From contig JAIRZB010000019.1 of assembly GCA_031267435.1 (NCBI GenBank), forward strand, positions 1-32,636: a stretch of 32,636 nucleotides of DNA, read 5' to 3'. A program made the position numbers and the translations under genes. Shown here piece by piece: positions 18,295 to 27,322 of this stretch (its first letter is position 1; every line of letters starts with the position of its first letter). The notes beneath the pieces are model-generated. The model did no database searches. It had not been told where the DNA came from and was given only the letters and a program-made list of their open reading frames with translations. Origin of the DNA: Puniceicoccales bacterium (GTDB lineage: Bacteria; Verrucomicrobiota; Verrucomicrobiia; Opitutales; LL51).

Positions 18295-19536
18295 ATGAGT
18301 CCCTTTTTTTTAAAATCGAAGGATGATTCGGTCCCGGTGAGTGATATTGAGCGAAAAACTTTTCGTTTGGATTGTGTCCGTTTTATTTTTCAGGGATTTA
18401 TTGATGCCGAATTCAAAACCTATGTTCTTTTATTTGCTATACGCATTTTTGATATGCCGGATCGTGTAAAGGGTATTTTGTCGGCGACTGTCTACCTTGG
18501 TTTAGTCATGGCTCCTTTTGCGCTTAAGTTCTTTTCAAAAATTTGGCCTCTTAAAAATAACCAAGCCATTGCGGCTTTGCTCTGTCTGGTCGCGGCGAAT
18601 ATTGCTATTGCCGCGTGGACAAAGTATGGAGTGGTTTTTTTGATTTGTATTGCTTTGGCTCAAATGTTATACAAATTGACGCTGCCTTTTGTTACGGATA
18701 TTTACAATCGCAACTATCCACGGGTGCGGCGTGGACAAATTATTGGTACGTTATTTACGATTTTGGCCGTAGCCGGTGTTTTGCTGTCCTATTTTATCGG
18801 AAAAATGCTCGATCGCTCCTTGGGTAATTATCGCTTTATTTTACTTTTAGCGGTTTTTTCGGCTTTGATTTGCTGTCGTGTTTTTATGGCAATGCCCAAT
18901 GGACGGGTGATTGCCGAAGAATCTACTTCTGTTTTTCGGTCAAATTTATCAATTCTATTGAATGATAAACTTTTCTCATCTATTCTATGTTTATGGTCGC
19001 TAATGAGCGTTGCATTTCAGATGATTTTCCCGCTGCGCATGGAATATGTTGCGAATGCGAAGTACGGTATTAATTTATCCAATGCTGATATCACGACACT
19101 CATGGTGGTTGTGCCAACTATTACAAGAGTTGCGAGTGCATTTTTTTGGGGAAAGATTTTTGATGCGCAAAACTTTGCCGTGATGAAGATCCTGGTTAAT
19201 TGTTGTTATTTAGTGAGTATTCCTTTGTTTTTTTTCGGAAAAAGTTTTTTTGTTTTGGTGCTTTCTGCTACCATTTTGGGGATAGGTTTCACCGGTAATT
19301 TGACTGCCTGGCAGCTCTGGGTAACGAAAATTGTACCATCTTCGGAAAAATTGGGTGCCTACGTCAGCATCGATATGATTGTTATGGGATTGCGTGACGC
19401 TTTTTCTGCCGGATTGGGATATTATTTACTTTCGAAGTCTTTTTCGCTACACACAATTTGTTTAATCTCAACGGCTCTAATTGCAATTTCGATTGTCGGT
19501 TTTTGTTGTTTTATAAAAAATCCTCGGTTGCGTTGA
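18295..19536 (+). CDS. MFS-type transporter (multi-pass membrane protein)
   Basis: 413 aa with about 12 hydrophobic segments and a central loop, an MFS-like layout. Substrate unknown. Confidence 0.7.
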   Translation: MSPFFLKSKDDSVPVSDIERKTFRLDCVRFIFQGFIDAEFKTYVLLFAIRIFDMPDRVKGILSATVYLGLVMAPFALKFFSKIWPLKNNQAIAALLCLVAANIAIAAWTKYGVVFLICIALAQMLYKLTLPFVTDIYNRNYPRVRRGQIIGTLFTILAVAGVLLSYFIGKMLDRSLGNYRFILLLAVFSALICCRVFMAMPNGRVIAEESTSVFRSNLSILLNDKLFSSILCLWSLMSVAFQMIFPLRMEYVANAKYGINLSNADITTLMVVVPTITRVASAFFWGKIFDAQNFAVMKILVNCCYLVSIPLFFFGKSFFVLVLSATILGIGFTGNLTAWQLWVTKIVPSSEKLGAYVSIDMIVMGLRDAFSAGLGYYLLSKSFSLHTICLISTALIAISIVGFCCFIKNPRLR

Positions 19537-19617
19537 TAATTTTTGGCTTTTTTCTATTGCTTCTGTGGTATCTTCTTCAACCTTTTGATCCAATACCCGT
19601 ATCCGGTAAACTAAAAA

Positions 19618-20583
19618 TCAATTTGCCGGGATATGCTCTTCGATAATCGCAATTACCTGTTCCAATGTATTTCCCGATGTATCGATGATAATCGCATGGG
19701 GATCGAAATAATAATGATCCATGGCGTCACGTTGTTCCACTTCATCTTTTTCTCCTTCGCTAGCTCGACGATGGGCACGAATTCGAGAGTCGGCTGTCAG
19801 AAAAAATTTTGCACTTGCTTTCGGCATAATAATGGAACAAATATCCCGGCCTTCCATCACGATGCCCGTGAAATTCATTTTTTTTGCTAATTCAACAAGA
19901 CTTTGCTGATAGGTTTTCAGTTTCTGTCGCAATTCCGGGATGCGTGCAAAGGAAGCTACTTTTTGGTTGAGCTCCTCCGAATGCAGTTCCGTGTGGTGAA
20001 GAATTTTGCCATTGATGGACAAATGTTCCGCAGTGCCATCTAATTGTGTTGCTAGGACAAGGCTGGTTAGTTCTTCTGGAATGCGTGGGTCGGCTGCCGT
20101 TGGAATGTTTTTTTGTAAAAAATAAAATGTCAGTGAACGGTAATGATCACCGGTATTGACATTTAGTAGGTAATGTTTTTTTGCCAGAGCACGTGCCGTC
20201 GATGATTTTCCTGACGCCGCCGTACCGTCGATTGCTATGGACAAAAAAAGCTTCGAAGAATCGGCGCACATATGCAGAAATTGGTTTCTAAGTAACCAAA
20301 AATTGGGAAGAATTCCCTTTCGCGCAATGACTAAGTAATCATTTTGGGGATTCAAACGGGATTGTTCCCCATGAAATATTTCCCGGAAAATACGTTTAAC
20401 GCGATTGCGTTCGTGGGCTTTTCCCACTTTTTTTCCCGTAATAATAGCGAACCGCGGCAGTGTATTCGATTTGTTTTTTTTTATTTTCACAAAAAAATCA
20501 CGCACATTGCGATGAATACTGTTCGTTCGAAACTGTTCAAAATCAGCTTGTTTTTTTATTCGCTGACATTTTTGAAGGCGCAT
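19618..20583 (-). CDS. rnpA/cmk: Single ORF fusing RNase P protein component (aa ~1-110) to cytidylate kinase (aa ~113-321)
   Basis: The N-terminal part has GKKVGKAHERNRVKRIFRE (RnpA RNR motif) and lies 2 nt downstream of rpmH. The C-terminal part has IAIDGTAASGKSS (P-loop), MEGRDI and ADSRIRAHRR, which are Cmk hallmarks. No stop separates the two. An internal in-frame ATG (M105) is at 20271-20269. Confidence 0.85.
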   Translation of the reverse strand: MRLQKCQRIKKQADFEQFRTNSIHRNVRDFFVKIKKNKSNTLPRFAIITGKKVGKAHERNRVKRIFREIFHGEQSRLNPQNDYLVIARKGILPNFWLLRNQFLHMCADSSKLFLSIAIDGTAASGKSSTARALAKKHYLLNVNTGDHYRSLTFYFLQKNIPTAADPRIPEELTSLVLATQLDGTAEHLSINGKILHHTELHSEELNQKVASFARIPELRQKLKTYQQSLVELAKKMNFTGIVMEGRDICSIIMPKASAKFFLTADSRIRAHRRASEGEKDEVEQRDAMDHYYFDPHAIIIDTSGNTLEQVIAIIEEHIPAN

Positions 20584-20585
20584 GG

Positions 20586-20735
20586 CTAGAAACGGGTAAC
20601 GCTGGCGGATAGTTTTTTGCGGCCCTTGCGACGTCGGTTCGATAGTACTTTTCTTCCTCCTGAAGTTTTCATGCGGGCGCGGAATCCAAATTTTCTTGCT
20701 CTTCTAATTTTTGACGGATTATAGCTCGGCTTCAT
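20586..20735 (-). CDS. rpmH: 50S ribosomal protein L34
   Basis: Not in the ORF track because it is under 60 aa. Manual translation: [49 protein letters not shown]. It has the classic L34 GFRxRM motif and the rpmH-rnpA gene order. Confidence 0.9.
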   Translation of the reverse strand: MKPSYNPSKIRRARKFGFRARMKTSGGRKVLSNRRRKGRKKLSASVTRF

Positions 20736-20847
20736 ATGTATTCCAGAAAAGGTTAATCGAAAAAATTGTCAAGTCTGAAGGTAAAACTTCCGAAAAGGAG
20801 GTGATTTTATATCATGGAGGCGAAAATGAGATTTTGCGATATGATAA

Positions 20848-20877
20848 TTGACATTTCCTTGCATATTCCTGTAGTAA
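20848..20877 (+). promoter_or_regulatory. Sigma70-like promoter candidate for tRNA-Asn
   Basis: TTGACA (20848-20853), an 18-nt spacer, then TAGTAA (20872-20877), located 17 nt before the tRNA. The -10 element is weak. Confidence 0.3.
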
Positions 20878-20893
20878 GGAACGCCTTAAGCGA

Positions 20894-20968
<75 letters not shown>

Positions 20969-21015
20969 AGGTTCTATTGCGGTGAATGTGTTGAGGGGTC
21001 ATGGGCGTGTGTACT

Positions 21016-21219
21016 TTATTGTGGTTTTTGCGTTGACTTGCCTTTGGTGAGTAGCGTATTACTAGTTGTCATCTTTTTTCGTCTCATTTTTGTCCTGATC
21101 TTCTTTGTCTTCATCGAGATTTTCGTCGCTATTTTTTTGTTTTCATCGTTTTTCGGTTTGTTGTTGGTGAACAGTGCTTCGGGTTTAAATATTATTGCTT
21201 CCACGGTTGGTTTTTTCAT
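21016..21219 (-). CDS. Possible small lysine-rich basic protein (67 aa from ATG 21219)
   Basis: MKKPTVEAIIFKPEALFTNNKPKNDENKKIATKISMKTKKIRTKMRRKKMTTSNTLLTKGKSTQKPQ. The sequence is low complexity, and the ggagg abuts the ATG with poor spacing. It may be non-coding A-rich DNA. Confidence 0.2.
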   Translation of the reverse strand: MKKPTVEAIIFKPEALFTNNKPKNDENKKIATKISMKTKKIRTKMRRKKMTTSNTLLTKGKSTQKPQ

Positions 21220-21434
21220 CCTCCGAAGGTATATCTCTAAAAAAAAACTGCATGATTGCGGCAATGGCTTCGAGGGAATAGATTTTGGCCTTTTTTTAGG
21301 CGATCGAAACCTTTCAGGAAGTCGTTCCTAATGGTTAGCTTGGGGCGCAGACGGTGTACATCTAAGACGCATTGTTTTCCCAGTAAAATGGAGGAAAGCA
21401 TTACTCCTGAGCGCGGACAGTTCTGGTAAAATCG

Positions 21435-22220
21435 CTAGGTGGTCCGTTTTTTTAAGGATCCCCAATCGATTAGCTTGGGAGTAAAGGAGGAATCGTTTGG
21501 GATAACCATTATGTTTTTTGGATTAGAGTCGGTATTCGTGTAGCTGCAGCCGTGTAGCATCATTGGAGTTTTGGCTAGTTGTAGCGATAAATTGAAAGCA
21601 ACGATTTCGACCGTTTCGCTGATTATGGTTCCGGGATGCAATTTGTTCTGATGCTGAGCTTGGGCAATACCAATAATGGGAACAATATTACTTAATCCGG
21701 CGAGTTGGCTTCGAATATGTTGGGTTCGTGATTTTTTCTCCTCGGAAAGGGCGTCGTCGTTTTCGATTGCCGCCGGTTTCCGTAATTTTTGTTTTACGCC
21801 ATCCATAAAAAGGTGAAAATATTGTTGGTCGTTTTGTTCAGTGTTGTCTTTTGAGCGCTTCAGCACAATTTCGCCGTCGCCGATTCGTCCCATAGTGACA
21901 TGGGTCCTATTATCGAGCACTTTGTGAGCGGTAACGATTTCGGTTCCATTTGGGGAATCGCATGGGGTTAGGGATGTTCCTATAAAATTATGGAATTCTT
22001 CTAGGCATGTCGGCAAAAAATCATAGGTCTTTTGGTGGGCTAATTGCTTTGGCAAAAGTCCCCAGCTCCTTGCCATCGGAGGCTTTGGGAAATCATTAAT
22101 CTTCTTCTGTGGCCCGATGGTAAGCCTTATCGGCTGTTGGCTAGGTTTCTGGGGATGCGAAGCCTTTGTGCTAACCTTTTGGAGGATCATTGTCAATCGC
22201 GTCGGTTTAGATTTTTCCAC
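21435..22220 (-). CDS. Minimal eukaryotic-like kinase fold protein, ending 9 aa after the DFG-like Asp (effector-like; possibly interrupted)
   Basis: Catalytic-loop-like TNTDSNPKNIMV (D231..N236, an HxDxxxxN-type loop). Mg-loop-like KLIDWGS (D252). SNIVPIIG resembles the HPNIVxLxG segment. The N-terminal ~50 aa are disordered and there is no signal peptide. After the TAG at 21437-21435 the same frame stays open to 21240. Confidence 0.55.
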   Translation of the reverse strand: MEKSKPTRLTMILQKVSTKASHPQKPSQQPIRLTIGPQKKINDFPKPPMARSWGLLPKQLAHQKTYDFLPTCLEEFHNFIGTSLTPCDSPNGTEIVTAHKVLDNRTHVTMGRIGDGEIVLKRSKDNTEQNDQQYFHLFMDGVKQKLRKPAAIENDDALSEEKKSRTQHIRSQLAGLSNIVPIIGIAQAQHQNKLHPGTIISETVEIVAFNLSLQLAKTPMMLHGCSYTNTDSNPKNIMVIPNDSSFTPKLIDWGSLKKRTT

Positions 22221-22452
22221 CTGTATTGGATTAGTAATGTTGCCTTTACCGTGGGTGGAGGATAATTGGGTATTGAATCTTCATCGGTTGTCAGCATGAT
22301 GATATTTGACGATTAATTCGCGATGCTTTTTGGATAACTTAATTTGTTAACGTTTTTTTGCACTCGAAAATGGTCTTAGTAAGGCGAGATCGGAGGACAG
22401 GTGAGCAATTAAGAAGATGATCGACCTTGAGCGACTTTGCCAATATTTGCGC

Positions 22453-22480
22453 TTGACGACGTTATACATTGCTCTAGATT
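22453..22480 (+). promoter_or_regulatory. Sigma70-like promoter candidate for the nusA operon leader
   Basis: TTGACG (22453-22458), a 16-nt spacer, then TAGATT (22475-22480). Confidence 0.35.
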
Positions 22481-22515
22481 CTCCGTTCAGTCGAAGACTT
22501 TACGTGGTTGATTGG

Positions 22516-22540
22516 GCGGAGTGGTCGCACTCCGCTTTTT
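22516..22540 (+). terminator. Intrinsic terminator/attenuator hairpin inside the nusA 5' leader
   Basis: gcggagtg-gtcg-cactccgc forms a perfect 8-bp stem followed by ttttt. It ends 29 nt before the nusA ATG, and the upstream gene is on the opposite strand. Confidence 0.6.
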
Positions 22541-22569
22541 GGGCTTCTGTAATGGACTTTTATTGAAAT

Positions 22570-23826
22570 ATGAAAACCGGTAGCGAAATTTTAGCCGTGC
22601 TTGAGTACATGGAAAAGGAGAAGGGTATCCTTCGCAACGATATGATTCAAACCATCGCCGAAGCTATTCGTTCCGCCGCAGTGAAAAGTATTAATGCCGG
22701 ATATGATATTCGTGTGGAAATTAATCCGAAAACGGGTAATCTTAGGGCTTGGGCGATCTTAGATGTTGTGGATTCCGTTAGTGATCCCCAGGCGCAAATT
22801 CATGTTTCCAAGGCAAAGGAGCTTAATCCCAGTGTCGATGTCGGCGATGTGGTCGAGAAAGAAGTCGATCCCGCTTTTCTCGGCCGTATTGCTGCCCAGG
22901 GGGCTCGCCAGGCCATTACTCAAGGAATTCGCCATTTCGAGCGCGAAAAGTTGTACGAAGATTTTAAAAGTTCTATCGGTGATATCGTCAGCGGTGTTGT
23001 CCGTCACCAGGATTCGGGCAATATTTACGTTGAATTGGGAAAGTCGGAGGCTGTTTTGCCCTATCGTGAGCGTATCCCCGGTGAAGAATATGTGCCCGGC
23101 GATCGAATCCGCTGTCTGCTGCTCAAAATTGAGCAGACATCCCATGGACCGGAGATTGTTCTGAGCCGTTCCCAGGGGCGCTTTGTACGGCGTTTACTGG
23201 AAATCGAAGTGACGGAAATTGCCGATGGTACGGTGGAAATTTATGCCATGGCAAGGGAGCCGGGGTATCGCACCAAGGTCGCCGTTCGCAGTTTGGATCC
23301 CAAGGTGGATGCGGTGGGATCCTGCGTTGGAACGCGAGGTGTTCGCATTCGCAGTATCGTAAAGGAGTTAGGTGGTGAAAAAATTGATGTCATTCGCTAC
23401 TCCGCCGATCCCATAGAATTCTTGCAGGAAGCTCTTCATCCGGCTATTCCACGCAATATTCACGTGGATGAGGTCAGCCGGCAAATCAGTTTCGAAGTAG
23501 GCGAAGATGATCTTGCCGTCGCCATTGGGAAGCGTGGTCTGAACGCTAGATTGACTTCGCGCCTTATGAATTGGAAGTTAGATATAAAGAAAGCGGAATC
23601 GGAAAAAGAAAAACATCTTAATCGAAAAATTCAGCAGGCAACGGCGGGGCTCAATAATATTCCGGGGGTTAGTGATGAGTTAGCCCAGCGATTGGTTGCG
23701 TGTGGATTTACGGATATCGATGTTTTCGATGGAGTTTCTCCGGAAGATTTGGAAGATGCTGGTTTTTCTGCGGAAGAATCGCGTTTAATTCTTGAAAATA
23801 TAAAGAATATCAAGAATTTTTCATAA
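22570..23826 (+). CDS. nusA: Transcription termination/antitermination factor NusA
   Basis: 418 aa with an S1 domain, KH domains (GxxG: [10 protein letters not shown]) and a C-terminal HhH-like region, in the conserved position before infB. Confidence 0.95.
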   Translation: MKTGSEILAVLEYMEKEKGILRNDMIQTIAEAIRSAAVKSINAGYDIRVEINPKTGNLRAWAILDVVDSVSDPQAQIHVSKAKELNPSVDVGDVVEKEVDPAFLGRIAAQGARQAITQGIRHFEREKLYEDFKSSIGDIVSGVVRHQDSGNIYVELGKSEAVLPYRERIPGEEYVPGDRIRCLLLKIEQTSHGPEIVLSRSQGRFVRRLLEIEVTEIADGTVEIYAMAREPGYRTKVAVRSLDPKVDAVGSCVGTRGVRIRSIVKELGGEKIDVIRYSADPIEFLQEALHPAIPRNIHVDEVSRQISFEVGEDDLAVAIGKRGLNARLTSRLMNWKLDIKKAESEKEKHLNRKIQQATAGLNNIPGVSDELAQRLVACGFTDIDVFDGVSPEDLEDAGFSAEESRLILENIKNIKNFS

Positions 23827-23831
23827 AAAGC

Positions 23832-26531
23832 ATGAGTGTTAGGGTATATCAGTTAGCAAATGATTTAGGCATGGACAGTAAAGATGTTATGGTATTGCTT
23901 CGTGAGCGTGGATTGAAGGTTACAAGCGCATCCAGTTCAATTCCTAATATCTATGCCGATGCCCTGGTCGAAGAATTGGCGGGGAGCTATCCAGCTAGCA
24001 TGCCTTCAAAGAAGACCGGGCAGGCAGGACCTGGGAAAGCGAGTTCTATCCCCAATCGCACTACAATATCTAGTTCTTCGGAATCTAGTTTTTCGGAAGA
24101 GTCCGATGGCGGTAATACGAATGGTTCTAGCGATCATAATCCGTCAGTACAAGGAAATGGTTCTTTCTCCAATGCTGTAAGTGTTGTTACCAATCTCAGA
24201 AGGGAAGGAGATCACAGAAGGGAAATGGCTCCTGAGGTTAAAGTTGTTTCCGAAAACAAAACCATTAGCGTAGCAGAAAAGGAGCGGGAAGAAAAGGGAT
24301 TAAATATAGAGTCGGAAATATCTTTGGATGTTTCTAGTCCGGCAAGGAATCCGTCGAAGGGCATGCCGAGTCCGGGAGGTCTCATAAAAATTCCACTACC
24401 TAAGGCAGCTCCTAGGATGCCAGTTCTGTTTGTGGCAAAGGATCAAGGGCATCGTCCCGGAAAAGTTGCCGAATCGAATGTGGATTTGTCCCCAAGGGAA
24501 AGTTTTGCCGATAAGGGGAAATTTGTTGCGACAAAGCCACCAGAGGTTTCTGCGAAAAGTCAGGCTTCTCCCGATTTAATCGGTACTTCGAATCATGTGC
24601 AGGAGGCAAGAAGAAGATCGCCGGTAATTAATTTTCATGAAAAACGTGCGGCACCGATGGTCCGCTTTCAGTTTGCACCAAAGGGCCAACATAATGACCC
24701 TTTTAATACCCTAAAAATTCCGAGTATTCCTGTGGGCTCTTCGGCTAAAAATAACGCGGAAAAGCCTAAGGAAAATAAAGCAGTTGTTTGTAAGGCGCCG
24801 CTTATTGTGCGCGATTTTGCTCAGAAAATTGGATTGAAGCCCTTCCAGCTTATTTCCGAGCTTATGCGGCGAGGGATTTTTGCTTCAATGAATCAGCAAA
24901 TCCCTGATGATATTGCTTTGGGTGTGGCAGAAAAGTATGGATTTAAACTCGAAGTCCGTCAAAAGTCCGATGGGGCCAAACAAAATATTCCAAAAGTTAA
25001 AATTGAGGTTCCGCAAGAATTACTCCCCCGGTCGCCCGTTGTTTGTGTTTTGGGGCATGTGGATCACGGTAAAACTACGCTCCTTGATATGATTCGCCAT
25101 GCTAACGTCGTTGCAGGGGAAGCCGGAGGTATTACGCAGCACGTCGGTGCCTATCAGGTGGAGCATGAAAGCAAAAAAATTACGTTTCTCGACACGCCGG
25201 GACATGCGGCGTTTTCAAATATGCGTGAGCGGGGGGCCAATTTAACCGATATCGCCATTCTAGTCGTTGCGGCCGACGATGGTTTTATGCCGCAGACCGA
25301 CGAGGCCTTAAAATTTGCGCAAAAGGCTGGTGTGCCGATGGTTGTTGCCATCAATAAAATTGATGTCAAAGGGGCCAATTTGGAACGGGTCAAGCAGCAG
25401 ATGCAGCAGCGTAGCATCGCTCCCGAGGAATGGGGGGGCGATACGCTATGCGTTGGCATTTCTGCGCTCAAAGGTATGCATATTAACGAGTTGCTATCGG
25501 CGGTCTTACTCCAAGCGGAAATCATGGAATTGAAAGCAGATTACAAATGTCCCGCTGCAGGAGTAATTATTGAATCGCAAATGGATGTAGGTCGTGGGAC
25601 TACGGCTACGGTTATCGTTAAAAAGGGGACATTGAAGATGGGCGATGCCATCGTCTGCGATGGGGAGTATTGCCGTGTTCGTTCGATGCTTAATGAGCGT
25701 TCCGAAGTGGTGGCAGTGGCCACACCGTCGATGTCGGTTCGTGTTATCGGTTGGAGTGGTGTACCCGGTGCTGGTAATGTTTTCGAGGTCGTGAAAGACG
25801 AAAAGACTGCTAAAAAACAAGCCGAGGAAAATAAAAATAATGCCAAGCTTATCGCCGCGGAGCCGGTGCCAAGAATCGCTAGCGTGAAAGCATTGTTCGA
25901 GGCCATGGAATCGCAAAAACAAAAAGTTTTACAAATTGTCATGAAGTGTGATACCCAGGGGACTTTGGAGGCTCTCATTGGCTGTCTCAATGGAATCAAG
26001 AGCGATAGAGTGAAAATCGAAATTTTAAGTTCAGGAGTGGGGCCCGTATCTAAAAGCGATGTGGAATTTGCCAGTTCTTCGGAGGCGATTATTGTTGGGT
26101 TTAATGTGAAGGTAGACAATGGCGTAGCACCGCTTTTAAAAAATAAGGGCGTACGCGTTATTCTACACAATATTATTTACGAATTAGTCGATCGGGTCAA
26201 GGACGAGATGGCGGAATTACTTGATTACGATTACAGCGAAAATCATCTCGGAACGGCAGAAATTCGTCGCGTATTCGAACTTGCTCGGCTAACGATTGCG
26301 GGATGTATGGTGATCGATGGGCAGATCGAGCGCGATAAACAAGCCCGCGTTTATCGGGGGAAAAAGGTTTTATTCGAGGGAAAAATTAATTCCCTAAGGC
26401 GCGAAAAGGAAGATCATTCGGAAGTTCGTTCCGGGTTTGAATGTGGCATAAAAATTGATGGATTTTCGGCATTTGAGGAAGGCGATCGCATTGAATGTTT
26501 TGAGATTCTTCAACGCCGCCAGATATTATGA
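23832..26531 (+). CDS. infB: Translation initiation factor IF-2
   Basis: 899 aa. It has an IF2_N-like N-terminus (VYQLANDLGMDSKDV), a low-complexity linker and a GTPase domain (GHVDHGKTTLLD, DTPGH, NKID). Confidence 0.95.
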   Translation: MSVRVYQLANDLGMDSKDVMVLLRERGLKVTSASSSIPNIYADALVEELAGSYPASMPSKKTGQAGPGKASSIPNRTTISSSSESSFSEESDGGNTNGSSDHNPSVQGNGSFSNAVSVVTNLRREGDHRREMAPEVKVVSENKTISVAEKEREEKGLNIESEISLDVSSPARNPSKGMPSPGGLIKIPLPKAAPRMPVLFVAKDQGHRPGKVAESNVDLSPRESFADKGKFVATKPPEVSAKSQASPDLIGTSNHVQEARRRSPVINFHEKRAAPMVRFQFAPKGQHNDPFNTLKIPSIPVGSSAKNNAEKPKENKAVVCKAPLIVRDFAQKIGLKPFQLISELMRRGIFASMNQQIPDDIALGVAEKYGFKLEVRQKSDGAKQNIPKVKIEVPQELLPRSPVVCVLGHVDHGKTTLLDMIRHANVVAGEAGGITQHVGAYQVEHESKKITFLDTPGHAAFSNMRERGANLTDIAILVVAADDGFMPQTDEALKFAQKAGVPMVVAINKIDVKGANLERVKQQMQQRSIAPEEWGGDTLCVGISALKGMHINELLSAVLLQAEIMELKADYKCPAAGVIIESQMDVGRGTTATVIVKKGTLKMGDAIVCDGEYCRVRSMLNERSEVVAVATPSMSVRVIGWSGVPGAGNVFEVVKDEKTAKKQAEENKNNAKLIAAEPVPRIASVKALFEAMESQKQKVLQIVMKCDTQGTLEALIGCLNGIKSDRVKIEILSSGVGPVSKSDVEFASSSEAIIVGFNVKVDNGVAPLLKNKGVRVILHNIIYELVDRVKDEMAELLDYDYSENHLGTAEIRRVFELARLTIAGCMVIDGQIERDKQARVYRGKKVLFEGKINSLRREKEDHSEVRSGFECGIKIDGFSAFEEGDRIECFEILQRRQIL

Positions 26532-26872
26532 GTTTACGTTTAAATCGAGTTAACGAGGCTATTGAACACGAAATAAATCATGTTTTGCGGACCTATTTCC
26601 GCGAAGAAGCGCTTTGTGTAACGGTTGTTGGTACCCTTGTTTCCTCTGATTTTAAATTTGTTCAGGTCAAGTTTTCGGTTATTGGTGATGATGCGATTCG
26701 CCGGCGTATGGTTAAGTTTTTCAGGAAATATAAAAATTTTATCAAGCAGAAATTGCATGAAAAGATGCAGTTTCGCCATATACCGGAGTTGAAATTTGAA
26801 ATGACGGATGCCATAGTCCAAGGAAATCATATGATTAATTTGCTGAATACCATTGCCGAAACGGAGGGTTGA
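26528..26872 (+). CDS. rbfA: Ribosome-binding factor A
   Basis: 114 aa with an RbfA-like pattern (R..RVNE.I..E....L, FRHIPELKFEMTD). It has an ATGA overlap with the infB stop. Confidence 0.88.
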   Translation: MSLRLNRVNEAIEHEINHVLRTYFREEALCVTVVGTLVSSDFKFVQVKFSVIGDDAIRRRMVKFFRKYKNFIKQKLHEKMQFRHIPELKFEMTDAIVQGNHMINLLNTIAETEG

Positions 26873-27241
26873 ATGGTGAGGCAAATGCTGATTTTGTTAC
26901 TGCTCTTTGGGGGCTGTGCTTCAAATCAGACAGCAGAGGATTCATCATTGCCTTGGAATAAGCCGGCGCCATGGGAGTATCGCCGAGATATTTCGACTTC
27001 CTTGAACTTTCATAAGGAATATAGGCCAAAAGCTTTTACCCGAGAAAAAATAAGAAATGATCAAAGTCAGGTGCGCATAACCGTGGATCGGATGGTACCC
27101 GATACGTCGGAGGCATTGCGCTCACGCATTATTTACCATGAACCTGAATTTTTTCAAAAACCTCAAGAGCCTATCTCTGTTAGCGTTATAAAGGAATTTC
27201 CCGTGGAACCTCAGCCCTACGATTTTAGTAAAAAAGAGTGA
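26873..27241 (+). CDS. Small putative lipoprotein (122 aa)
   Basis: MVRQMLILLLLFGGCASNQ has a signal peptide and a lipobox-like FGGC. Its ATG immediately follows the rbfA TGA (tgaatg), and ggaggg lies upstream. Confidence 0.6.
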   Translation: MVRQMLILLLLFGGCASNQTAEDSSLPWNKPAPWEYRRDISTSLNFHKEYRPKAFTREKIRNDQSQVRITVDRMVPDTSEALRSRIIYHEPEFFQKPQEPISVSVIKEFPVEPQPYDFSKKE

Positions 27242-27322
27242 GTGCTCTGTGAAGAGTTTAATTCATAATTGACGTTTTGCGCGAAACTTTTAGTTTTACA
27301 ATCAAGAGAGTTGAAATTGGGG

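Noticed and set aside
21435-21437. Genome-wide TAG reassignment as the explanation for the open frame after the kinase-like ORF
   Set aside because: TAG terminates rpmH (20586-20588), clpC, the first OMP gene and the phosphorylase-family gene at positions consistent with full-length homologs. It therefore behaves as a normal stop. A local nonsense mutation, local readthrough or chance are the remaining options.
20969-22300. Genomic islet integrated at the 3' end of tRNA-Asn
   Set aside because: I looked for a direct repeat of the tRNA 3' end (ggttcgaatcctactcgggcagcca) between 21000 and 22560 and saw none. No integrase is present. The effector-like content remains suggestive but the island is unsupported.
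25541-26170. 209-aa minus-strand ORF, with similar long antisense ORFs at 12673-13110, 16294-16647, 22759-23145 and 27770-28219
   Set aside because: All are embedded antisense within confidently identified genes (infB, clpC, infC, nusA and the PilM-like gene). They have no motifs of their own and are shadow ORFs.
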